From assembly GCA_030141605.1 (NCBI GenBank), contig JAQGDQ010002457.1, positions 1 through 30,500 of the forward strand: 30,500 nt of DNA, in the 5' to 3' direction. Position 1 is the stretch's first letter. The number at the start of each line of letters is the position of its first letter. Under the pieces are notes generated by a model. That model ran no database searches and was not told where the DNA came from. It saw only the letters and a list, made by a program, of their open reading frames with translations. The position numbers were made by a program, and so were the translations under genes. Shown here piece by piece: positions 19,165 through 27,591 of this stretch. This DNA comes from Tubiluchus corallicola. Taxonomy: Eukaryota; Animalia; Priapulida.

Positions 19165-19635
19165 CTATTTGCATTCGCCGTCGTGCAAGGCTGCCACGTT
19201 GCTATTCTCAAGTTCGCATCTGTTGCCGTAGGTTTTATTGTCCACACCGCATACCGGCGCATACTCCATAGTGCATGGGGACGGCAGCATTTCTACTCTC
19301 CCCTCCTGTCCGCACTCCCTCTGATAGTCTATGCCCACATCTCCAGCGCTGCAAGCGTTGGGGTAAGTCTTGCCGTCTACACCGCACACAGGTCTATATT
19401 CCCTAGTACATGCTTGCCCCAGCTCTGACGCATTTTTACATCTTCCATGATACAAAATATCGATCCCGGCGTTGTCAATAAAACACTGGTTTGAATAAGT
19501 CCTGCCGTCTACTCCACAAACGGGGTCGTATTCGTCCGGACAAAAAAAGCGTACATCATCAGTCTCAACACTCTTGCTCCCTTTGCAGGATACGGCGAGC
19601 ATCAGCACAAAAAGTGCTACAGTAATTTTTTTCAT
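19165..19635 (-). CDS. Lipoprotein with three tandem Kazal-type protease inhibitor domains
   Basis: MKK + hydrophobic stretch + LAVSC lipobox; three copies of CxxEYxPVCGVDxxTYxNxC...C; SD AAGGA lies within the end of the upstream torD-like gene. Confidence 0.9.
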   Translation of the reverse strand: MKKITVALFVLMLAVSCKGSKSVETDDVRFFCPDEYDPVCGVDGRTYSNQCFIDNAGIDILYHGRCKNASELGQACTREYRPVCGVDGKTYPNACSAGDVGIDYQRECGQEGRVEMLPSPCTMEYAPVCGVDNKTYGNRCELENSNVAALHDGECK

Positions 19636-19636
19636 T

Positions 19637-20329
19637 TTAAGTTTCCTTTGTTAAATCTATCATAATGTTTACAATCTTGGCATCGTTCTTCATAAATTCC
19701 TTGATAAGCGTCAATAGTGGCAGATAGAATGTGGAATCTTCTTTGTATTCCTCGGGGATTTCTTCCACTATCGCCCCTATTAAGACAGAAGGATATTCTA
19801 CCAGAAAGTCTTTTTGGCTATCCAGCAAATTGTTAATTTTGTCCTGATTTGATTCGGTTGCCGCTTTTTCCGTTTCCTTTGATAGATGGTGGATAAAGTC
19901 GAGCTCAATCGCTATATGGTCTTCCGGCTCATTGAAGTCTTTCGGTTTGCTGAAGCCAAACCTTTCATAGTACTCCAAAACATCCTCCCACACCTCGCTG
20001 TAGTTCAGATTTTCTGATGAGAAATAGGCAGAGCTGGTGATTGGCACTGATTGGCTACCAAGGTAGAACAGAGAGGTGTATTCCCTTGTAAGTTCCTGCA
20101 ATATATCCCCCTCAAAGTTACTGACAAAATCGATAGCATCCTCTGATGCTGCTTGCAGGATATTGCACTCTGTTTCTGTTGCAAACTTCTTTAATACTTC
20201 CAGCGGCTTTTTTGCATACTCAACGTATGATGAACCTGGGGGTCCATAGAGGGAAGCCGCAAAATACTGATACATCACCGCTCTGCCCCGGCAGATTGCG
20301 GATATGGTCGTCATGTTATCATCAGACAT
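19637..20329 (-). CDS. TorD/DmsD family molybdoenzyme chaperone
   Basis: [26 protein letters not shown] motif. Confidence 0.88.
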   Translation of the reverse strand: MSDDNMTTISAICRGRAVMYQYFAASLYGPPGSSYVEYAKKPLEVLKKFATETECNILQAASEDAIDFVSNFEGDILQELTREYTSLFYLGSQSVPITSSAYFSSENLNYSEVWEDVLEYYERFGFSKPKDFNEPEDHIAIELDFIHHLSKETEKAATESNQDKINNLLDSQKDFLVEYPSVLIGAIVEEIPEEYKEDSTFYLPLLTLIKEFMKNDAKIVNIMIDLTKET

Positions 20330-20407
20330 GTGCTCACCTGTTTAGTTTAATAAGAATGGATGTTTCTACGAAACAACCCTACAAATTGTAACATGAATTT
20401 CTTCATT

Positions 20408-20443
20408 TCAAATAAAATCCCCCATAAAAAGTATGGGGGATTG
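20408..20443 (-). terminator. Rho-independent terminator after dmsB-like gene 1
   Basis: Perfect 11-bp inverted repeat AATCCCCCATA (20416-20426) / TATGGGGGATT (20432-20442) with a T-rich tail on the minus strand, ~11 nt after the stop codon. Confidence 0.8.
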
Positions 20444-20453
20444 ATAAGAAAGT

Positions 20454-21056
20454 CTACTTAGCTTTAAATAAAATAGATGGACCGGTGCCAAAACCTAGAT
20501 CTTCTCCCAAAGAGTTTTTCGTGTCGTCAGGGAAGCTTGTGGCGGTTCTGGTAGCTTTCGGGTATTTTTTCTTAAGCTCTTCCATATCTCCAAAATCCAA
20601 CGCCCTTTGGGGACAAGAATCCACGCACGCCGGATTTTTGCCTATTTCCAGCCTGTCCTTGCAAAAGGTGCACTTCTGCGCAGGATGGGGAACTTGCCAG
20701 CTGCTCTCAGATTTTGGTTCGCTCACATCATCTCCAAACTGTATCCCTCCATATGGGCAGGCGATCGCACATGCACCTAGACGCTGGCATTTATCCCTAT
20801 CCACTAAAACGATGCCGTTGTCCCCTTTAGAAATAGCATCAATAGGGCAAGCCAAGAGGCAAGCAGGTGCTTCACAATGGTTGCAGCTTATTGACAAATT
20901 GTAGACAACGGTCTTTGGATAGTCATTCTCTTCGGTAACTGTAACTCTTCTCCACTTTGCAGGTCCTGGCTTCACATCGTTCCAATCCTTGCAAGCCACG
21001 GCGCATGTCATGCAGCCCATACACCTCGTTTGGTCAAAATAAAATCCGTATTGCAT
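20454..21056 (-). CDS. DmsB-like Fe-S electron transfer subunit (1)
   Basis: QYGFYFDQTRCMGCMTCAVACKDWN, SCNHC..PAC...CP, KCTFC, PACVDSCPQRALDFG; SD AGGAGG. Confidence 0.93.
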   Translation of the reverse strand: MQYGFYFDQTRCMGCMTCAVACKDWNDVKPGPAKWRRVTVTEENDYPKTVVYNLSISCNHCEAPACLLACPIDAISKGDNGIVLVDRDKCQRLGACAIACPYGGIQFGDDVSEPKSESSWQVPHPAQKCTFCKDRLEIGKNPACVDSCPQRALDFGDMEELKKKYPKATRTATSFPDDTKNSLGEDLGFGTGPSILFKAK

Positions 21057-21072
21057 ATATCCTCCTGAAAGC

Positions 21073-23619
21073 TCATGCTTTAGAAATATTTACTCGACCA
21101 CCCATGTTGCCGTTGCCGAAAGCCATGCGTGTCGGAATATCGTCTGCCATGGTATTGACGCTCCCCCCTATGTCCACTTTCTGTTTCGGATCATAGGATG
21201 AACCTTGAGCAATGGAGATGACACCGGGCATGATCCTACCTGTGACTTGGGCGCTTGCTATCAGTGAGCCAACATTTGAAGTGAGCGTTACCAGATCTCC
21301 TGTTTCAATTCCTAGCTTCTTCGCATCATGCTTGCTTATCATTACAGGTTCATAACCTTGTCCCCTGAACGGAAGCTTCATGGGATTATGGCCAAATCTC
21401 TCGCTAGAGCCAACTAACTCACCATCTTTGTCCCTCTTGTATAATTCTCTGAGGTAAGGGTTATTGTCATGGGTGGAGTGACTGCGAAACCTTTGGTGTG
21501 TCGTGAGAAACTGGTAGGGGTAGGCCTTCTTTATCTTCTCGTCCTCATATCTTTCGGGTATGTACATCGGTATAGGGTTGACGATAGGGTCGCCCTCTGT
21601 GTCGATATTGTTCACATTTCCTTTGCCTCTATCTTCGTACTCTTTTACAGCGGCTGCGGAATAAGCTTCTGCTTTGCCCGTTGCGGTTTGAAATCTGTAT
21701 CCACCGTCTATTTTGCCATGATCGCGAATATGTTTTGAGCCTGCCAGAGCTTTTGTACCTATATTGAAGATATGAATTCCATTCTTTTTAAACTCTTCAT
21801 AGCTAATGGGCTCTCCGCTCCCTTCCCAAATGTATTTGAGCCAGTCGTCTTCGCTCTTTCCAGCTGTGAGCTGATCATAAATGCCGTAGGCCTTTGCAAC
21901 CTCTTTTGCCGCATCGTAGCCAGACTTGCATTCCCCTGGGGGCTCAATGGCTTTGTTGAGGAAAAGAGCCGAATCCCCGGAATCCCAAGTTGTAACTATA
22001 TCATTCTGCTCCCAGTTGGTCGCTCCGGGAAGGATCAGGTCGGAATACATAGTTGTGATGGTCATGAAGTTATCAAAAGTTGCCAAAAACTCTATATGAT
22101 CTCTGGTCTTGACAATATCCAGCAGTTTGTTTATATCTCCGTGCTGATTCACGATATTCCCACCAAAAACGGTCATAAACTTGATGCCGTGCTTCAGGTT
22201 GTTTACCTCTCCATCTCCGAATTCAGAATTGCCGGGATTTACAGCGGCATCCGGCCACATGTTTGAAGCTATTCGTTTAGTTTCTGGGTTTCTGCTGGGT
22301 ATTCCTTTTACAGGGGTTCCTTTCTTTATGAAATATGGAGAGCAGCCTGCTCCGTCTCTTCCCCACTGACCTGCGGCGAAAGCCAACATAGAATTCATCC
22401 ACACAGTCTGCACCCCTTCCGGCCTTCTCTGGAGCCCTAAGCTGGAGTGAAGAAAAGCTGGCTTCTTTCTGTCCGCATATTCTCTTGCTAGAAGCCTTAT
22501 CCTCGATGCGGGGACACCGGTAATCTTTTCAGCCCATTCCGGAGTCTTTGGTGTATTTGCGTGATGTTTATGGGGATATTTTGAAGAGGTATTGTGTTTG
22601 TATCCTGATGTAGCTTTATTCAATCCTTTCTTCACCAGTAGATCATTGCTCCCCATGATATAGGCACTTAGAGACATTCCATCGGGAACACTTGCGGAGT
22701 CAAAGAAACCCTCCACAAAGTTTTGCAATCCTTCCACATCTGCAAGATTTTCCTCCAACATTACGTACATCATGGCCAGCATCATGGCAGTGTCTGTGCC
22801 TGGACGGATAGGTATCCATTCATCAGCTAGCGTGGCGCAGTTGTCATTCATTTCAGGCCCCACGAATATGATTTTTGTCCCATTCTCTCTAGCCTTGGTC
22901 ATCCACCAGTTGGTGTTTGTGCCGAATATACTCGTGAGGTTGTGGCTTCCCCACATGATCATAAGTTTTGTGTCCATCAAGCCATCGGGAGTTATAGATA
23001 TTGCCTTCACACCTCCCATGACTAGGGGAAGTATATAGCGGATTTGGTGTGAGCTGTAATTGCCCCAATACCCAACATATCCCCCAGCTTCACCCAAAAA
23101 ACGAAACCAAATAGGGCGGTGAAGCATCCCCACAATACCTGTTGCGTAGCACCAATGCACAGCTTCACTTCCGTAAGTTTTGTGAGTGTATTTTAGCTTA
23201 TCGGCCATCAGTTTTGCGGCTTCTTCCCAACTGATTCTGACAAAACCGCTTAAGTCGCCCCTCTCTTTAGTCTGCTTTAAAGGATAGAGTATTCTTCCCG
23301 GATGATATATCCTTTCCCTGTAAGACCTGCATCTTGGACAAGCTCGGAGCTGAGGGTCTGTCGGTGTGTCCGGACGTTCATCCGTAACGAGTCGCTTTAT
23401 GGTACCATTCTCCACATAAGCTTTTGTAACACATCTGCCGCCACAATTATGTGGAGCACCGCCAGGAACCACTTTTTCAGAAGAAGCTGTTGGTTTGTCC
23501 ATTGACGCTTTGTCGTTTGCGAATGCAGGAGTGCCGTGCATCTCCATGCCCAAACACGCCACACCCATCGCCGTTGCCGCTTTGATAAACGACCTTCTAC
23601 TGACCTCTGTTGTTATCAT
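21073..23619 (-). CDS. Tat-exported DmsA-like Mo/W-bisPGD oxidoreductase catalytic subunit (1)
   Basis: SD GGAGGTGAGG before ATG 23619, Tat motif SRRSFIK...AFA, HNCGGRC, RISWEEA, GNYSS (Ser ligand position), PIRPGTD, KTPEWAEKITGV, SDLILP, RSHST, C-terminal Mo-bisPGD binding domain. Confidence 0.93.
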   Translation of the reverse strand: MITTEVSRRSFIKAATAMGVACLGMEMHGTPAFANDKASMDKPTASSEKVVPGGAPHNCGGRCVTKAYVENGTIKRLVTDERPDTPTDPQLRACPRCRSYRERIYHPGRILYPLKQTKERGDLSGFVRISWEEAAKLMADKLKYTHKTYGSEAVHWCYATGIVGMLHRPIWFRFLGEAGGYVGYWGNYSSHQIRYILPLVMGGVKAISITPDGLMDTKLMIMWGSHNLTSIFGTNTNWWMTKARENGTKIIFVGPEMNDNCATLADEWIPIRPGTDTAMMLAMMYVMLEENLADVEGLQNFVEGFFDSASVPDGMSLSAYIMGSNDLLVKKGLNKATSGYKHNTSSKYPHKHHANTPKTPEWAEKITGVPASRIRLLAREYADRKKPAFLHSSLGLQRRPEGVQTVWMNSMLAFAAGQWGRDGAGCSPYFIKKGTPVKGIPSRNPETKRIASNMWPDAAVNPGNSEFGDGEVNNLKHGIKFMTVFGGNIVNQHGDINKLLDIVKTRDHIEFLATFDNFMTITTMYSDLILPGATNWEQNDIVTTWDSGDSALFLNKAIEPPGECKSGYDAAKEVAKAYGIYDQLTAGKSEDDWLKYIWEGSGEPISYEEFKKNGIHIFNIGTKALAGSKHIRDHGKIDGGYRFQTATGKAEAYSAAAVKEYEDRGKGNVNNIDTEGDPIVNPIPMYIPERYEDEKIKKAYPYQFLTTHQRFRSHSTHDNNPYLRELYKRDKDGELVGSSERFGHNPMKLPFRGQGYEPVMISKHDAKKLGIETGDLVTLTSNVGSLIASAQVTGRIMPGVISIAQGSSYDPKQKVDIGGSVNTMADDIPTRMAFGNGNMGGRVNISKA

Positions 23620-23692
23620 CGTGACCTCACCTCCATTGTATCTACATAAACATTCCACCCCTGTCCTGCAATAATATCGCACTTTTATTGAC

Positions 23693-23718
23693 AAATTGCA
23701 ACAGAGCTTTTGCAATTT
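23693..23718. promoter_or_regulatory. Inverted repeat, candidate transcription-factor site upstream of DmsA-like 1
   Basis: AAATTGCAA-N8-TTGCAATTT with perfect 9-bp arms in the 132-bp intergenic region. Confidence 0.45.
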
Positions 23719-23751
23719 TTGCGACAAAATATCATTAAGAATAGACAGATG

Positions 23752-24792
23752 TTATTTAGTTGATGGGGTCAGTCGATACGCCTTTGGGAATTCAATACTT
23801 TTTGTAGGGCATGAGAGAGTGCATATGAGACAGCCCATACAGATGGCGGGAATTGCCTCGATTTGCGCACCATTAGCACCCCTTCTCAAAGCTCCTGTGG
23901 GGCAAAGCTTGACACACAAATTGCACTGTATGCACTTAGATCCTATCGTTGGAGAGTGCAAGAAATGACTACTAGCTGTATCTATTACGTCAGCATTGGG
24001 TTTCAACATATTTAATATTTTAAAAAGCTGTAACCGTTTTATGCCAGCGCGTTTATTGCCATATGGCAAGTGCTCCTGAACATCCTCGCCTGTAAAGTAG
24101 TCGGATAACATTGCTGAACTTTCAATTAACCTTCCCCCCACAAATTTAAAGAGACTGCGCCTGTCGAGCAAACTATCTGCACTGCTTACGCTTTTGAAAA
24201 TTTTTTTCGGAGACTTGTTGTAAATTGTTGTGTTTTGTTCATTATTCTCAACCTGGATGCCTTCAAAGTATGAGAAAGCACTCTTGAAAAAGATCAGTTC
24301 TGAAATTTGGAGATTTAGAAGCTTTTCCCCATATTTGAAGCTACAATCGTCACAGTTTTTGTAATGAAACTTTATTGAGCTTGCGCCATAGCCTACCAGG
24401 TACAGCAGATGGACGATGTGGAGCATCCCGATACATGGCACCTGAAATGTATTTGTGTTCCCCGCCACTTTACTGCAAGATATCTCTACGTCGTTATCTT
24501 CAGCTTTTGCGATGATGCTTTTTGCAAATTTTTGCTCAAGGTGCCCCTTTATTGCGAATACCTCATTTGGGCAAGAGGCGCTGCAGAGGAGGCAGCCTGT
24601 ACATATCTCTTCGTTTATGGTGACATTTCCGGAGACACCATCTATGTTGATCGCATTTGCAGGGCAGTATTCTTCACAAATATTACAGGAGGCATCTTTG
24701 TGAATAGTGCGTACGCATCTTGAGCCATTTATATTTAGTTCCGAAGAGAGGCTATTGAGTATGGTATTGATGTCGATTTTTTTGAAGAACAT
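23752..24792 (-). CDS. Polyferredoxin-like 4Fe-4S dicluster protein
   Basis: C..CNICEEYCP, CTGCLLCSASCP, central SC/VPC/CDDC, CIQCNLCVKLCP, CMGCLICTLSCP. Confidence 0.88.
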   Translation of the reverse strand: MFFKKIDINTILNSLSSELNINGSRCVRTIHKDASCNICEEYCPANAINIDGVSGNVTINEEICTGCLLCSASCPNEVFAIKGHLEQKFAKSIIAKAEDNDVEISCSKVAGNTNTFQVPCIGMLHIVHLLYLVGYGASSIKFHYKNCDDCSFKYGEKLLNLQISELIFFKSAFSYFEGIQVENNEQNTTIYNKSPKKIFKSVSSADSLLDRRSLFKFVGGRLIESSAMLSDYFTGEDVQEHLPYGNKRAGIKRLQLFKILNMLKPNADVIDTASSHFLHSPTIGSKCIQCNLCVKLCPTGALRRGANGAQIEAIPAICMGCLICTLSCPTKSIEFPKAYRLTPSTK

Positions 24793-24795
24793 AAA

Positions 24796-25476
24796 TTAGC
24801 TTTCAATAAACCAACTGAGGAACTCTGCATCAAACTCCACAAACTTCTTGGCAACATGGCTGACCGATTGGTAGAAGCTTAGACCGGGATTGACCTCTTT
24901 GCCTATTATGTCGCTGCAGCACATCGGAACCCACTTGGTTATATGTTCATTCATAAATTTTGCAGAATGATCCATTGATTTGACAAAATTTGTTTCATCA
25001 TCGTCAGCAAGTGCCGCTATGGCATCATTTGTGTATTTCTCCATTAAGAGAAACTCTATGGAGATATGATCTTCCATCTTTTTGCATTTTTTACTCAGTA
25101 TATGTTTTTGCTCCCTGTATATCCGCCTTATCTTTTCCCAAGGTTCTTGCTTGTAAGCCTTATTTAAGTAGACTGACTCGTTTGGAGGGGTTGAGTAAGT
25201 GCCAAGGAGAAAGTGGGATGCATAGATACCCTTGTATTTGGTCATAGCGTCCGTAGTCATATTCTGCACTTGGGATTTGATGTCGGTGACCGCCTCACTT
25301 AGCTCTGTGTCCTCTTGGGATATTGCAAATGCTTCGAGAGCTGGAAGCATCTTTTTGGTGTGCTCAACTGTGTCATCAGTCATGGCATCTATGTAGACCG
25401 ATGACAGATAGCTGTACATGGCAGCTCTCCTTTTAGCACATCCGACAGCGAATTTTGTGTAATTTCCATTTTTCAT
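24796..25476 (-). CDS. TorD/DmsD family molybdoenzyme chaperone
   Basis: YASHF, PPNESVY, EDHISIEF, F..EHI.KWVP; SD AGGAG. Confidence 0.88.
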   Translation of the reverse strand: MKNGNYTKFAVGCAKRRAAMYSYLSSVYIDAMTDDTVEHTKKMLPALEAFAISQEDTELSEAVTDIKSQVQNMTTDAMTKYKGIYASHFLLGTYSTPPNESVYLNKAYKQEPWEKIRRIYREQKHILSKKCKKMEDHISIEFLLMEKYTNDAIAALADDDETNFVKSMDHSAKFMNEHITKWVPMCCSDIIGKEVNPGLSFYQSVSHVAKKFVEFDAEFLSWFIES

Positions 25477-25501
25477 TAACTCCTACAATTGTCAAAAATT
25501 G

Positions 25502-26797
25502 TCACAAGTCCGATTTGTTAAACAAAGAAGTTGTGGTGTAGTCTATTCTAATTTCCCTTATAATCGTTCCTTTTTGCAAGGTTTCTGCCACATTGTAGCT
25601 GATACCTATCTCCATATCGATATTCTTCAACCTCCCCACAAGGAGCGGATGAAACTCGATTATCTGATCTTCTCTATGGTATTGGTAACGTGTCTCATTT
25701 ATCTTGTCAAACCGTTTTTTCACATATGCCGCATCTTTGCCATATGCTTTGGCGGTCTTTATAAAATAGTCGTTTGGAGAGAAATACTCGATCTTTGCAA
25801 GCTTTTGATGTGCGTTTTGGGAGTATATCTGCGAAGTGAGTTTGTTTTCGAGGGAGCAATAATGTACTCCCAATTGCAAATTCTTATAGGTAGAAAACTT
25901 CAATAGCTCAAGGCAAACATCTTCACTGCCAGCAATCGGCAAACCACCCGCATAGGTGTAATCGTAAAGAATCCGATAAGGAGGGTTCTTTATTCTGTAG
26001 CCTCTTTTTATGTATTCTTCCGCATTTTGATGAGGATAAAGGAACTCCAGAAGGTTTATGCCGAAAATACCCAAATCTTCAAGCTTGATCAGTATCTCCT
26101 TGACAGCTTCATACTGTTCAGGTCCCACCGGCATCTCTACCATGACTGCCGGCACATGTGCTTTTGATATGGACATGATGTTGTAAAGGTCATCGTTGAT
26201 GTCTTCCAGCTTTATGCTGTATCTTATTTCATCCAAGCCATCAAGCCTGAGCAACAGCTCTTTGTCCACAAGATCACCATTTGAGTATATCCTTGTGTGA
26301 GTATTGGGATCATTTTTTTTGACCTCTTTCACGAACTCAATGCATTCATCCGGATACAAGAAAGGTTCGCCGCCCGTTATAGATACGGACTTCAGCTTTT
26401 TGCCGCTCGCATTCATTAACCTGTATTCTGACAAGATGTCATTCCGTTTGTGTGGTTCAAAATAATTGTGCTGATTCCTATTTGAGCAGAAGTAGCAATC
26501 CCTGTTGCACTCCAAACTAATAATGAATGTGTGCGAATGGGCTCCAGTTTGACAGCTTATACAGGCTGGAGATATTGCTGATGAGTATAGGCTTTTACCC
26601 ATATTTCTGGAGATTGTATTGCCCTTTGTGGCGAGTGGAGAGGCAGTATCTGGTTCTCTCTCGGTGGAGAACTCCATTCCGCAGGATACCACGTCTTCTT
26701 GAAAAGCGTCGTACATCCTCACGTAGCGATCTACATCTTTGCGGAATATTTCGGACTTTATTATGGAGAGATTATCTCTATTCAGTACAGTCAACAT
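25502..26797 (-). CDS. Radical SAM protein (resembles uncharacterised COG2108-type)
   Basis: CNRDCYFC (CX3CX2C), ITGGEP, YSNG, LDEIRY, VEMP; extra SPACISC and HYCS motifs. The start is uncertain. Confidence 0.9.
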   Translation of the reverse strand: MLTVLNRDNLSIIKSEIFRKDVDRYVRMYDAFQEDVVSCGMEFSTEREPDTASPLATKGNTISRNMGKSLYSSAISPACISCQTGAHSHTFIISLECNRDCYFCSNRNQHNYFEPHKRNDILSEYRLMNASGKKLKSVSITGGEPFLYPDECIEFVKEVKKNDPNTHTRIYSNGDLVDKELLLRLDGLDEIRYSIKLEDINDDLYNIMSISKAHVPAVMVEMPVGPEQYEAVKEILIKLEDLGIFGINLLEFLYPHQNAEEYIKRGYRIKNPPYRILYDYTYAGGLPIAGSEDVCLELLKFSTYKNLQLGVHYCSLENKLTSQIYSQNAHQKLAKIEYFSPNDYFIKTAKAYGKDAAYVKKRFDKINETRYQYHREDQIIEFHPLLVGRLKNIDMEIGISYNVAETLQKGTIIREIRIDYTTTSLFNKSDL

Positions 26798-26955
26798 GCT
26801 CGAGGAGTGAGGCTAGCATATATGTCCTTCATCTTCAACCCTAAACAACAGGTAATTAATACAAATCTTGTTACACATTTTTTGCATTACTACCTTGACC
26901 GGTGGCATGGATAAAAGCCCGGAATAACACCGCTTATTGACGTTATAACTTTTCT

Positions 26956-27570
26956 TCAAAAAAATATATTTGGAATGGTATCTTTATCCAGCTTATCACC
27001 ACTGGGAGACATGTTTGTTGCCGGAAAGTCTTCCATACCTCCCCTCTTGGCTTTGGGGTATTTGCCCCTTATTTCGTTGACGCTGGCGGCATCAATGGCT
27101 CTTTGGGGGCAGGCAACGACACAAGCCGGCTTTAACCCTTCCTTCCATCTGTCCCAGCACATGGTGCATTTCTGTACGGGATGATCCACCTTCCAGCTTT
27201 TCTCAACCGCTTCATTACTATCATCTGCCCACTTTAGTGCGCCGTAGGGACATTTCTGCACACATGCTTTATAGTTTTTACAAGCGTTCCTGTTTACTAC
27301 AACCATACCTGTGTCGCCGCGCTTTTGAATGGCACCAACGGGGCAGGCAATAGTACACGCAGGATTTGTGCAGTGGTGGCAAGATACCACCAAATTTTTT
27401 ACCTTAACTTCAGGAAATGTCCCATCTTCCTTTGTGGTGAGTGTCCTCCAACCAGTGAAGCCCGGCTTTAAGTTGTTCCAATCTTTGCAAGCAACGGTGC
27501 AAGCGTTGCAACCCATGCACCTGTTTTGGTTGAAATAAAAAGCTATCTGTGTGTTATTGTCAATGGCCAT
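26956..27570 (-). CDS. DmsB-like Fe-S electron transfer subunit (2)
   Basis: RCMGCNACTVACKDWN, SCHHC.NPAC...CP, KCTMC, PACVVACPQRA; SD AAGGAG. The stop follows a T7 run, so the true C-terminus may differ slightly. Confidence 0.92.
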   Translation of the reverse strand: MAIDNNTQIAFYFNQNRCMGCNACTVACKDWNNLKPGFTGWRTLTTKEDGTFPEVKVKNLVVSCHHCTNPACTIACPVGAIQKRGDTGMVVVNRNACKNYKACVQKCPYGALKWADDSNEAVEKSWKVDHPVQKCTMCWDRWKEGLKPACVVACPQRAIDAASVNEIRGKYPKAKRGGMEDFPATNMSPSGDKLDKDTIPNIFF

Positions 27571-27591
27571 TTATAGTCTCCTTAACTCCGC

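Noticed and set aside
19230-19545. Repeated DNA motifs as a CRISPR or tandem repeat
   Set aside because: They are degenerate in-frame coding repeats of the Kazal domains.
23665-23685. Sigma54 promoter upstream of dmsA1 (GTGCGATATTATTGCA, minus strand)
   Set aside because: It has the TTGC element but lacks the invariant GG at -24.
23620-23727. N-terminal extension of DmsA1 in the ORF track
   Set aside because: The strong SD and the Tat motif position support ATG 23619; the extension covers the intergenic palindrome.
26940-26970. TGA recoding at the end of dmsB2
   Set aside because: The stop follows a T7 run at the position where paralogue 1 also ends. One base fewer gives NIFFEEKL*, so this is a normal end or a homopolymer error.
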